Shown piece after piece: positions 21,413 to 32,782 of a stretch of DNA of 64,000 nt (positions are counted from its first letter, which is position 1; every line of letters starts with the position of its first letter). Made by a program: the position numbers and the translations under genes. Below the pieces are notes generated by a model. It was not told the origin of the DNA, searched no databases, and saw only the letters and a list, made by a program, of their open reading frames with translations. The stretch comes from Sphagnum compactum (Eukaryota), in assembly GCA_965153455.1 (NCBI GenBank), contig OZ234493.1, positions 27,766,213 to 27,830,212 of the forward strand, read 5' to 3'.

Positions 21413-24400
21413 CTATAAAGTTTCTAATCCGAACATGTTTATCAACTTATGATGTCGTTCTTTAGATAATGCCTTAGTAAGGACATCCGCCACCATGTGT
21501 TCCGTTGGACAATATTCAAATCCTACTTCTCCATTTTCAACTCGTTCTCGAACAAAATGATGTTGTACATCAATGTGTTTTGTTCGTGCATGGTGAGTGG
21601 GATTCTTGGTCAATGATATCACACCTTGATTGTCGCATCGAATCACCATCATCTTCTTCTCCTCCATGTATCCCAAATCCATCATCAATTTTGTTATCCA
21701 TACGGCTTCTTTTGTGGCTTGCGTGTTCGCCATGTATTCCGCCTCCGTGGTGGACAATGCTATTGTGGGTTGTCGTTTGCTACTCCAAGAAATCGCTCCA
21801 CCTCCAATCATGAAAACAAACCCTGTGGTGGACCTCCTATCTTCAAGATCACCACCCCAATCCGCATCACAATATCCAAGAACTTCCTTGGATGGTGTTC
21901 CACCAAATTGTAATTTCATTTGCAATGTACCTTGCAAATATCGAAAGATTCGTTTGACGGCCATCCAATGCTCCATGTTAGGGTTCGCCATGTGTTGACT
22001 CAACACGCTTATTGGGTATGCCAAGTCGGGTCGTGTGCACAACATGGCATACATCAAAGACCCAACCGCTTGTTGATATGGGAATCCCTTTGATTCTTCA
22101 TTTCCTTTCACATTCCTTTGTAACTTCACCTTGGGATCCAATGGAACTCCAATGGGCTTACATTCTTCCATTCGAAACCCCTTCAATATTTCCTTGAGGT
22201 ATTTGATTTGGTTGATGCGTAGGAGTCTTTCATCACGATTCCTTTCCACCTCCATCCCCAAAAAGAAATGCAACTCCCCGAGGTCCTTCATTTCAAACTT
22301 TTGACTCAATTCCTCTTTGATTTGTAAAAGTTTGTTTTGATCGTTGCACACCAAAATGAGGTCGTCCACATAGACCACAATGAAAAACTTCACATCTCCC
22401 ACTTGTGCAACGTACACACTAGGATCCGCCTCACTCTTGATAAATTCAATGCTTTTGAGAAACGCATCTAACTTTTGATTCCATACCCTCGGAGATTGTT
22501 TCAAACCATACAAGGACTTCTGAAGCTTACACACGAGATGTTCACCTCCTTGGTGCACGAACCCTTGAGGTTGCTCCATGTAAATCTCCTCTTCAAGCTC
22601 GCCATTGAGAAATGCGGTTTTCACGTCCATTTGATGGATCTCCATGTCTTCCAAGGCCGCCAATGCAAGAATACAACGAATAGATGCAAATTTTGCGACC
22701 GGCGCAAAAGTTTCGTTGTAATCCACTCCGTAGGTTTGAGTAAAACCTCTTGCTACTAATCTAGCCTTGTAGCGTTCCACTTCCCCATTTGCGCCTTGTT
22801 TGATTTTGAACACCCATTTGCAAGAAACGGGTTCCCTACCGGCGGGAAGTGGTACCAAAGTCCATGTGTTGTTTGTCATGAGGGAATCATATTCTTCTCG
22901 CATCACACACTCCCACTCCTTGGAATTTTCACATGTCAATGCTTCTTCAATATTTTGGGGCTCCTCCAAAAATGCAACGGTGGCGCGCTCCACCTCTTTG
23001 GTAGCAATCCACCAATCCCGAGGCCATTCCCTTCGTTGCCTTTGAGGTCTTTCCCTCGCAATATCTTGTGAAGGTTCACAAGATGGGTTGTCATTGGAAA
23101 CAACAAATTCCTCTTCCGATGAAGAACTTGGTGTGGATTCACTTTGCACACCTTCCATTCTTGTTTCACTCAAAGGTCTATCTTGACTAAAGGCCAATGG
23201 TTCTTCTCCCTCAACTTCTTCATGCACAACTACATTTTCTTCTTTCTCAAGATGAGGTACACCACCTATTTCCTTTGACCTTTCAATGAACACAACATCT
23301 CTACTTTTGATGATTCTCTTGGTTTTCACACACATCAAGCGATACGCTTTGGTGCCTTCGTAATATCCTAAAAACACACAAGGCATGGACTTGGACTCTA
23401 ATTTGGTCCTCTTCTCATCGGGGACATGTGCAAAGGCCTTACAACCAAAAACTCTCAAATGGGACACATCGGGTTTCCTACCACTCCACGATTCTTGAGG
23501 GGTCTTGGAATCAAGAGCCTTGGTTGGACATCGATTTTTGATGTACACCGTCGTGTTCACCGCTTCGCCCCAAAATTCAAGTTCCAACCCTTGTGCAAGA
23601 ATCATGCTTCTGGCACATTCCATGATGGTTCTATTGGCACGTTCCGCAACACCGTTTTGTTGTGGGGAATAGGGCGCACTTGTTTGTCGTTGAATTCCAC
23701 ATTCCGCAAGAAATGCGTCAAATTTCCTAGACACAAATTCTCCTCCGTTGTCGGAACGCAGCACTTTGATTTTGTGACCAATTTCGTTCTCCACCAAGGC
23801 CTTGTATAGTTTGAACTTTTCAAACGCTTCTCCTTTGGCCTTCAAAAGATAGACATGAGTTTTCCTTGAGAAATCGTCAATGAAAGTGAGAAAGTATCGC
23901 GCTCCACCATGGGATGTAGTCTTCATTGGCCCGCACACATCGGTGTGCACAATCTCCAAAAGTTGTGAAGCCCTCGTTGCTCCGTCCTTGGGAAATGATG
24001 TTCTTTGATGTTTGCCTTTGACGCATCCTTCACAAATGTGATGCAACGGCACTTCTTTCAAATTCATGCCATCCACCATGGCATCTAATTCCTTAAGGCT
24101 TGCCATGTTGAGATGGCCAAGTCTTTCATGCCAAAGCATCGCACTTTCCTCCAAAGAATTTGCAATGTGTGCCATGTCCTTACGCACCTTCACATTAAGA
24201 AGGTACAAGTTCTTGTCCCTTCGTGCTTGCGCCACAACAACTCCTCGAGCATCGTTGACCTTACAACCATCCTTGTCAAACTCCACTTTGAAACCTTCCG
24301 AAATGAGTTTGCTCACCGAAATGAGATTATTCTTCATTTTTGGAACATGAAGAACTTGGGTGATGGTTGTGTGTGTCAATTGGCCTCCCACTTGCAATGT

Positions 24401-25327
24401 GGCTTTGATGCTCCCCTTGCCAATGGCCTCCAAAACGGTGTCTTCGCCCATGAACACCCTCCTTGGGGAAATGCGTTCGTACGTGGTAAACCATTCTTGT
24501 TCGAATGTCATGTGTTGCGTTGCACCCGAATCGACAATCCAATCATTCGTGGTATGATCATTGGCACTCAATGCCGCAACAAACATTTGTTCGTGATCTT
24601 CACAAGCTTGATTAACTTTTTCTTTTTCATCATTTTTCTTCTTCAAACAATTTCTCACAAAATGTCCGGGTTTCTTACAATAAAAGCAAAGGTTCTCATT
24701 TGGCTTGTGAGTTTTGTTCACTAATGCGGTAGTCTCGGAATTCTCACATTCTTTTCTTTTGGACACTTCGTGAAGCAACCTTGCTACAACGAATTGAAGG
24801 TCTACATCTTTCATGGACATGGACTCCAAGCTTGTGACTAAGTTATCAAAGGATGGAGGAAGGCTCATGAGGAGTACCATGTAAACATCTTCATCCGTAA
24901 TGTTCACCTCGATAGAACGTAGTTGGTCCGCAAGGGCTTTCACCGTGTTGATGTGCACAAGCATGTCATCTCCTTCTTGCATTTTGATGGTGAAGAATCT
25001 CCTTCGAAGGAACAACTTGTTGCCAATGGTCTTAGCTTCATGCACACCACAAAGAGCCTCCCACGCACTTCTCACATTGTCACAATATTGAATGTGTGCA
25101 AGTTGGGCATCCGTGAGATGTTCGCAAAGCAATGCAAAAGCCTTGGTCTCTTTTTCGTTGTAATCGGCCCTTGCAACTTCTTCACTTGGCAAGGTGGCAC
25201 TCCCATCAACAAATTTCCAAAGCCCATGTTTGGAAAGCATCATGCGCATTTTGAACTTCCAAAGGTGAAAGTTGCCACCATCAAACTTCTCCATGACTTT
25301 CAAGGACTCCATTTGAAAAGAAGACAT
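21413..25327 (-). CDS. Complete Copia polyprotein of G (1304 aa)
   Basis: ATG at 25327, uninterrupted frame, all domains present. Confidence 0.95.
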   Translation of the reverse strand: MSSFQMESLKVMEKFDGGNFHLWKFKMRMMLSKHGLWKFVDGSATLPSEEVARADYNEKETKAFALLCEHLTDAQLAHIQYCDNVRSAWEALCGVHEAKTIGNKLFLRRRFFTIKMQEGDDMLVHINTVKALADQLRSIEVNITDEDVYMVLLMSLPPSFDNLVTSLESMSMKDVDLQFVVARLLHEVSKRKECENSETTALVNKTHKPNENLCFYCKKPGHFVRNCLKKKNDEKEKVNQACEDHEQMFVAALSANDHTTNDWIVDSGATQHMTFEQEWFTTYERISPRRVFMGEDTVLEAIGKGSIKATLQVGGQLTHTTITQVLHVPKMKNNLISVSKLISEGFKVEFDKDGCKVNDARGVVVAQARRDKNLYLLNVKVRKDMAHIANSLEESAMLWHERLGHLNMASLKELDAMVDGMNLKEVPLHHICEGCVKGKHQRTSFPKDGATRASQLLEIVHTDVCGPMKTTSHGGARYFLTFIDDFSRKTHVYLLKAKGEAFEKFKLYKALVENEIGHKIKVLRSDNGGEFVSRKFDAFLAECGIQRQTSAPYSPQQNGVAERANRTIMECARSMILAQGLELEFWGEAVNTTVYIKNRCPTKALDSKTPQESWSGRKPDVSHLRVFGCKAFAHVPDEKRTKLESKSMPCVFLGYYEGTKAYRLMCVKTKRIIKSRDVVFIERSKEIGGVPHLEKEENVVVHEEVEGEEPLAFSQDRPLSETRMEGVQSESTPSSSSEEEFVVSNDNPSCEPSQDIARERPQRQRREWPRDWWIATKEVERATVAFLEEPQNIEEALTCENSKEWECVMREEYDSLMTNNTWTLVPLPAGREPVSCKWVFKIKQGANGEVERYKARLVARGFTQTYGVDYNETFAPVAKFASIRCILALAALEDMEIHQMDVKTAFLNGELEEEIYMEQPQGFVHQGGEHLVCKLQKSLYGLKQSPRVWNQKLDAFLKSIEFIKSEADPSVYVAQVGDVKFFIVVYVDDLILVCNDQNKLLQIKEELSQKFEMKDLGELHFFLGMEVERNRDERLLRINQIKYLKEILKGFRMEECKPIGVPLDPKVKLQRNVKGNEESKGFPYQQAVGSLMYAMLCTRPDLAYPISVLSQHMANPNMEHWMAVKRIFRYLQGTLQMKLQFGGTPSKEVLGYCDADWGGDLEDRRSTTGFVFMIGGGAISWSSKRQPTIALSTTEAEYMANTQATKEAVWITKLMMDLGYMEEKKMMVIRCDNQGVISLTKNPTHHARTKHIDVQHHFVRERVENGEVGFEYCPTEHMVADVLTKALSKERHHKLINMFGLETL

Positions 25328-25982
25328 TTTGAACACAAATGCTACATCAAACACTCTCAAACTTGAAAGTTGAAGTTTTGAACAACTAAAAGAACTATCT
25401 TCCAAACACTTTCACTTGGAAAACCTTGATACTTTCAAAAACAAGTTTTTCACACTTGAAAAACTTACAACACCTTGAAGAAATCTCTTCCACACCTCTC
25501 ACTCACTTGTAAGACTATTCTCTTTGCAACCTTGCAAACTAAAAGCCTTCCCTCAAAAGGATTCTCCCTTTCAATGTTGTACAAGCAAACACTTTCAAAA
25601 AACTTAAACGAAACAAGTTTCCTAAAAACCTTACAAGAAACTTGAAAAACTTACTTACACCTCAAACTTCAATGTTGGAAACCTCAAAAACTTGAAGAAC
25701 TCTCTTTCACACTTTTGAATTTCAAACTTGAAACTTAAAGACTTGAAGAACACTCTTCCACACTTAAGAACTTACAACACTTTGAAGAAGTCTCTTCCAC
25801 ACCTCCCACTCACTTGGAAAAGTTGCAAGCTCCTTGTATGGCACCACTTGGAAATGAACTCTCTCTCCCTTTGCAAACTAAGAACCTTGTCTCAAAAGGA
25901 TTCTCTCCTTTTTCCTATGCAATACAAGCTCAAACCTTTCACTACTTCTTGTTCTAACACAATGTCCTTTCTCTTGCTTGGT

Positions 25983-25996
25983 GTGGGCCAATAACC
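25983..25996 (-). promoter_or_regulatory. Half-tRNAiMet PBS of G, one mismatch
   Basis: GGTTATTGGCCCAC versus consensus GGTTATGGGCCCAC. Confidence 0.85.
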
Positions 25997-26210
25997 TATT
26001 GGAAACAACTTGAATACAAGCAAGAAATGCAACACTCAAGGTTCATGAAATGGAACAATTGTATTAACTAAAAGAAGATTACAAAGGTTGTATGCTTCAA
26101 ATGCTACAATCATAAAACTATGGCTTGCAACAACTAACAAAGCTTGAAGGTTCTATGTGCACTCAACAACCATGAAAGGAAGGAATTAGAAACAAATAGT
26201 ATTTCTAACA
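25997..26210 (-). repeat. 5' LTR of G (214 bp)
   Basis: Same deletion junction, GGAAT at 26182-26186. Confidence 0.95.
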
Positions 26211-27084
26211 GGGAGTTGCATTTCTTTTTGGGGATGGAGGTGGAAAGGAATCGTGATAAAAGACTCCTACGCATCAACCAAATCAAATACCTCAAGGAAA
26301 TATTGAAGCGGTTTCGAATGGAAGAATGTAAGCCCATTGGAGTTCCATTGGATCCCAAGGTGAAGTTACAAAGGAATGTGAATGGAAATGATGAATCAAA
26401 GGGATTCCCATATCAACAAGCGGTTGGGTCTTTGATGTATGCCATGTTGTGCACACGACCCCACTTGGCATACCCAATAAGCGTGTTGAGTCAACACATG
26501 GCGAACCCTAACATGGAGCATTGGATGGCCGTCAAACGAATCTTTCGATATTTGCAAGGTATATTGCAAATGAAATTACAATTTGGTGGAACACCATCCA
26601 AGGAAGTTCTTGGATATTGTGATGCGGATTGGGGTGGTGATCTTGAAGATAGGAGGTCCACCACAGGGTTTGTTTTCATGATTGGAGGTGGAGCGATTTC
26701 TTGGAGTAGCAAACGACAACCCACAATAGCATTGTCCACCACGAAGGCGGAATACATGGCGAACACGCAAGCCACAAAAGAAGCCATATGGATAACAAAA
26801 TTGATGATGGATTTAGGATACATGGAGGAGAAGAAAATGATGGTGATTCGATGCGACAATCAAGGTGCGATATCATTGACCAAGAATCCCACTCACCATG
26901 CACGAACAAAACACATTGATGTACAACATCATTTTGTTCGAGAACGAGTTGAAAATGGAGAAGTTGGATTTGAATATTGTCCAACGGAACACATGGTGGC
27001 GGATGTCCTTACTAAGGCATTATCTAAAGAACGACATCATAAGTTGATGAACATGTTCGGATTAGAAACTTCATAGAGTGGGAG

Positions 27085-27557
27085 TGTTAGAAATATTATT
27101 CGTTTCTAATTCCCAATGTTGATGAATGTGTTAAACATTCATCAAAAGGATGAATAGTATACACATCCTTGTAGTTGTTAGGTTAGGATTTAGAAGTGGA
27201 GACTACTTAGGGTTAGGCGGCGACTAGGGTTAGGGTTGGGCGGCGGCTTGGTTTAGGGTTTGGTGGCGGCTAGGGTTAGGGTTTGGTTGCGGCTAGATCA
27301 GGGTTAAGTGGCGGCTACTTAAGGGCTAGGAGATAGTATATAATGAAGTGGTTTTGAATTGTATTTCATTCTTTCCTTTCATGGTTGTTGAGTGCACATA
27401 GAACCTTCAAGCTTTGTTAGTTGTTGCAAGCCATAGTTTTATGATTGTAGCATTTGAAGCATACAACCTTTGTAATTTTCTTTTAGTTAATACAATTGTT
27501 CCATTTCATGAACCTTGAGTGTTGCATTTCTTACTTGTTTTCAAGTTGTTTCCAATA
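27085..27557 (+). repeat. 3' LTR of F (473 bp)
   Basis: Follows the PPT; carries more substitutions than the A, C and E LTRs. Confidence 0.93.
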
Positions 27558-27781
27558 AGTGGAACGCTAGAAGGCTAGATTAGTAGCAAGAGGTTTTACC
27601 CAAACCTACGGAGTGGATTACAACGAAACTTTTGCGCCAGTCGCAAAATTTGCATCTATTCATTGTATTCTTGCATTGGCGGCCTTGGAAGCCATGGAGA
27701 TCCATCAAATGGACGTGAAAACCGCATTTCTCAATGGCGTGTTTAAAGAAGAGATTTACATGGAGCAACCTCAAGGGTTCG

Positions 27782-28270
27782 TGTTAGAAATACTATTCGT
27801 TTCTAATTCCCAATGTTGATGAATGTGTTAAACATTCATCAAAAGGATGAATAGTATACACATCCTTGTAGTTGTTAGGTTAGGGTTTAGAAGTGGAGAC
27901 TACTTAGGGTTTGGCGGCGGCTAGGGTTAGGGTTAGGCGGCGGCTAGGTTTAGGGTTTGGTGGCGGCTAGGGTTAGGCGGCGGCTAGGGTTAGGGTTTGG
28001 TGGCGGCTAGGTTAGGGTTAAGTGGCGGCTACTTAGGGTTAGGAGATATTATATAATGGAGTGATTTTGAGTTGTCTTTCATTCTTTCCTTTCATGGTTG
28101 TTGAGTGCACATAGAACCTTCAAGCTTTGTTAGTTGTTGCAAGCCATAGTTTTATGACTGTAGCATTTGAAGCATACAACCTTTGTAATCTTCTTTTAGT
28201 TAATACAATTGTTCCATTTCATGAACCTTGAGTGTTGCATTTCTTGCTTGTTTTCAAGTTGTTTCCAATA
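27782..28270 (+). mobile_element. Solo LTR I (489 bp)
   Basis: TSD GTTCG at 27777-27781 and 28271-28275, with no internal region. Confidence 0.95.
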
Positions 28271-28536
28271 GTTCGTGCACCAAGGAGGTGAACATCTCGT
28301 GTGTAAGCTTCACAAGTCCTTGTATGGTTTGAAACAATCTTCAAGGGCATGGAATCAAAAGTTAGATGCGTTTCTCAAAAGCATTGAATTTATCAAGAGT
28401 GAGGCGGATCCTAGTGTGTACGTTGTACAAGTGGGAAATGTGAAGTTTTTCATTGTGGTCTATGTGGACAACCTCATTTTGGTGTGCAACGACCAAAACA
28501 AACTTTTGCAAATGAAAAAGGAATTGAGTCAAAAGT

Positions 28537-29044
28537 TATTGGAAACAACTTGTAAACAAGCAAGAAATGGAACACTCAAGGTTCATGAAATGGAACAATT
28601 GTATTAACTAACAAGAACAATACAAAGGTTGTATGCTTTCAAATGATGCAATCACAAAACTATGGCTTGCAACAACTAACAAAGCGTGAAGGTTCTATGT
28701 GCACTCAAAAACCATGAAAGGAAGGAATGAAAGACACTCAAAACCACTCCAATATATATTATCTCCTAACCCTAAAGTAGCCGCCACTTAACCCTAACCC
28801 TAGCCGCCACCAAACCCTAACCCTAGCCGTCGCCTAACCCTAGCCGCCACCAAAACCCTAACCCTAGCCGCCACCAAACCTTAACCCTAGCCACCACTAT
28901 TCAACCTAACCTAACTACTATAAGGATGTCAATACTATTCATCCTTTTGATGAATGTTTAACACATTCATCAACATTAGAAACGAATAGTATTTCGAACA
29001 CATTCATCAACGTTGGGAATTAGAAACGAATAGTACTTCTAACA
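28537..29044 (-). mobile_element. Solo LTR J (508 bp, B-type)
   Basis: TSD AAAGT at 28532-28536 and 29045-29049. Confidence 0.95.
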
Positions 29045-29172
29045 AAAGTTTGAAATGAAAGACCTCGGGGAGTTGCATTTCTTTTTGGGGATGGAAATGG
29101 AAAGGAATCGTGATGAAAGACTCCTACGCATCAACCAAATCAAATACCTCAAGGAAATATTGAAGCGGTTTC

Positions 29173-31320
29173 ATGTTTAGAAAGCATCATGATTTGGACA
29201 TGCAATTGGTAATATAACAAGCATTTTTTTGTCTGAAACAAGGTGGCTAGAGGAGATTGGCGAGTAGTTGTGCAAAAAGAAGTACACTCAACGAGTGTTG
29301 GCTAAAGTTGTGGACTTGACGATTGGGACAGATATAGATGGGGTCATGCATGTAGTTGATGCAATAAGAGGTGTTGCATGCATTGAAGAAAGGGAAGAAA
29401 TGTTGGTAGCAAAAGTGGAGCAAGTGTAGGCCAATATAATTGAGGCCAAGGTGTTGGAAAATGACGTTGAAACATTTGGAAAACTTGTTTAATTTGGCAC
29501 AACTAGGGATTCTAGTTTGATATAATGCCTAATTAAACAAAAGGCTTTTTGATGGGTGACACCCATGCAATACTTTGGAAACACATTCCATCATGTACAG
29601 ACCCCATAATTTAGGTAATGATACATATTATAATGTTTTACCAAAACCATGTGTTATAGTAGAAGTGGAATGGGTAGAGGCCATTATTGCTGAAGATAAA
29701 ATGTTGGAAATTGATTGTGGAAGTTCACAAGTTCACTATATGGTTATGGGATTCTAGAATTATATATGGCCTACATAGCACTTCTATTAATAGGCAAGGT
29801 GTTGGAAGTGGAACAATTGTTAAAGGAATTCAAAGATGTTTTTGCATGGACATACAAAGATCTGAAATGGATTCCACCATAACTAGCACAACATAGAATT
29901 TAGTTGGACACTATTATACCACCGGCACATCAAGCCAGGTACAGAATAAACCAAACTATGCTATAATAGTCAAACAAGATGTAGATAAATTGTTAGTAGC
30001 TGGATTCATTCAATATGTAAAGGAGGCTACATGGTTGTCACCCATAGTATTAGTACCCAAGAAAAATGGCAAGTTGAGAATCTATATAGATTTCAAAAAA
30101 CTAAATGCAGCCACAAAGAAGGATCCATACCCATTACCTTTCACAGATGAAGTGTTGAACACAGTAGTAGGGTGTGAGGCATATTCTTTCTTAAATGGAT
30201 ATTCAAGATATCATCAAATTTCTATAGCTCTAAAGCACATATATAAGACTGCATTTATTATAGATTGGGGGGCTTTTATACGGAACGTGATGCCATTTGG
30301 AGTTTAAAATGGACCTCCAACATATTAGAAAGTTGTTACCAAAGCATTCAAAGAATATTTGGACAATTTTATGAAGATATTTTTAGAGTGTACATTACAT
30401 GGAAAGTCATTTGCAAAAGCCCATATTATGTTTTCAAAAGTACAAAGAATATGATATTAGTCTGAATTAGGACAAATGTGCATTTATGGTATTTTCAAGG
30501 ATGGTTTTGGGTTTTTTTATTATTTCCAAAGAAGGGAAATTACCATATCCAAAGAAAATACAAGTAATAGCAAACATGCCACCACCTAAGAATCCACAAC
30601 AGATTCAAGTATTCAATGGGATGGTATCATTTACAAATGTTTTATCAAAAACTTTGTTGCAATTATGGCACCTATCACTAAACTAACCGGAAAGATAGAG
30701 ACTTTTCTTTGGATAAAGGAATGTTACAAGGCTAAGGAATTGATCAAACAAAAGTATATCGAAGCACTGATATTGATATCACCAAACTAGCAGGTGGAAT
30801 TTCATGTTCATACAAATGCATCCTTGTTAGCTATGGGTGCTATGTTGTCTCAAAATGTTACAGGGAAGAGTGATCAACCTGTAGCGTATGCTTATAAACT
30901 TTTGAGTACACAAAACAAAATTATAGCACAACAAAGAAAGAGGATTCAGCAATGGTTTTTTGCTTTGCATAAGTTTAGACATTACTTGTTGGGCAATAAC
31001 TTTATTTTTTATGTGGATCATATGGCATTGGTTTATTTGGTCAACAAACCACAAGTTTCGAGGAGAATAGTTAAATGGTTGTTATTATTCCTAGAATATG
31101 ATATCACGATAGTGTATAAGCCAGGTAGAATTCATGTAGTTGCAAATGCATTATCAAGACTACCAAATATTACAAAACCCACAAGTGTGCCTAATCAAAC
31201 CATATAAGTAAATTTGTTTTACATAGAGCCTGAATGGTTAAAGGATGTGAAAGAATTTTTGAGAACATGATAGATTGAGGGCATGTTATCGGTATAATAG
31301 AAGTAAAAATTGGTTAAGGG
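29173..31320 (+). pseudogene. Decayed Ty3/Gypsy pol (RT, RNase H)
   Basis: WLSPIVLVPKKNGKLRIYIDFKKLN, MPFG and FHVHTNAS...FRHYLLG...YVDH motifs, with many stops and frameshifts. Confidence 0.9.
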
Positions 31321-31773
31321 AGGGTTTTGTTGCTTCTAGTGTTCAACAAAACTTGAAGCCCTCCTCTTGTTGCATCTAACACATTAAGAATCGTAAAAAA
31401 CAAATTAGAAATGAGAAAGTTATGGACCCCCAAAGTAAAGGGGGTCAAAAACTCAGAAAAAAAAAACCATTGAACACTGCAAAGGCCGATTCTTAAACAC
31501 CTAGAAAGTTCCTTTTATGTTGTTTTTTTGCTATTAAAGTTGAAACATGATTTGTAGAAATTCAGATGGCGCTCCTATAGCATTTTAAATTGTTTAAAAT
31601 GAATAAAAAAATAAGAAAGTTATGAGGTTTGAAAGTAGGAAGGGTAAAAAGAAAAGAAAAGAAAAACGTTTTGTAACTTGGAAAACTTATTTTTCTTCTT
31701 GTTAATATTTCATTACTCCTTTTTTTTTGCACTTCAAAGATGATTGTAGAATATTTTTAATCATTATGATTAC
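31321..31773. repeat. Unclassified AT-rich insertion in Gypsy pol (continues at 36137 to ~36213); target of element K
   Basis: Abrupt loss of pol similarity between RNase H and integrase; ends not resolved. Confidence 0.4.
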
Positions 31774-32123
31774 TATTGGAAATTACAAAGGTTATATGCT
31801 TCAAATGCTACAATCATATAACTATGGCTTGTAATATCTAACAAGGCTTGAAGCTTCTATGTGCACTCAAAAAACCATAAAAGAGAGAATGAAAGACTCC
31901 TCAAAACCAAACCTTTATATACTATCTACTAACCCTAAAGTAGCCGCCACTTAACCCTAACCTAGCCGCCATTTAACCCTAACCTAGCCGCCACCTAACC
32001 CTAGCCGCCACCAAACCCTAACCCTAGCCGTCACCAAGCCCTCTCAAATCTACCTATGTCTTTGATTGCTTGCAACACTTATCTACCACATTGTTTTTAA
32101 CATCTACATCATAATCTCCAACA
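31774..32123 (-). repeat. 3' LTR of K (350 bp, TG...TA)
   Basis: Direct repeat of 35787-36136. Confidence 0.95.
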
Positions 32124-32782
32124 CTCGCACTCTCGCACAAAGCACATTGACATACAACACCACTTCATTCGAGAGAAGTTGGAGAGTGGAGAAATAGGCC
32201 TCAAGTATTGCCCAACTCAAGATATGGTGGCGGATGTGTTGACAAAGGCATTGGCAAAGGAGCGGCATCAAAACCTTACAAGAAGCATGGGATTGGGGTA
32301 GGATGTGGTTCTTCCACCATTCTCCAAGCGGTCGCCGGTCCCTCAAGGGGTACCTACGCTCCTCCGTGGGCTACCTCTCTTGTTCACCACTAGCATCTTT
32401 AGATGGTGTTGAAGGTGTTGATGATCCATTGAATTTGTGTGATGCAATGCGTTCGGAAGATGCAAGCAAGTGGGAGGCAGCCATGCAAGAGGAGTATGGC
32501 TCACTCATGGCCAATGGCACCTGGGAGTTGGTGCCTCTTCCAAAGGATCACAAGAGTGTGGGATGCAAGTGGGTGTTTCGCACAAAAAGGGATGCATCGG
32601 GCCATATTGTGAGACACAAAGCACGGTTGGTGGCCAAGGGGTACTCTCAAGTTGAGGGTGTGGATAAACACCCTAGGGTTGGCGGTGCCTCTTGATTCCT
32701 TGGATCCTCTTTAGCATCATCATCATCCACACAGGGCGATTTGGAAGATGTGTCCACAATCACCACATTAGGGGTCTCATTT
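32124..32782. pseudogene. Patchwork of K pol fragments in both orientations
   Basis: Plus-strand RNase H end (~32128-32296), minus-strand INT/RT linker (~32295-32385), plus-strand RT start (~32386-32665), and a duplicate of 32786-32901 at 32667-32782. Confidence 0.85.

Larger units (their letters stand above)
21191..26210 (-). mobile_element. Copia element G: full-length, 5020 bp, with two U3-deleted 214-bp LTRs
   Basis: TSD GGGAG at 21186-21190 and 26211-26215. LTRs differ at one position. PPT, PBS and an intact ORF are present. Confidence 0.97.
19450..27557 (+). mobile_element. Copia element F (INT to 3' LTR), host of E and G
   Basis: pol at 19450-21190 resumes at 26211 after duplicated GGGAG. 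Premature TGA at 20255-20257. Natural stop at 27076, 3' LTR at 27085-27557. Confidence 0.92.
27558..29172 (+). mobile_element. Copia element H: RT fragment, oldest layer of the second nest, carrying two solo LTRs
   Basis: RT pieces at 27558-27781, 28271-28536 and 29045-29172 are colinear. Contains a stop codon and YVDN in place of YVDD. Confidence 0.88.
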
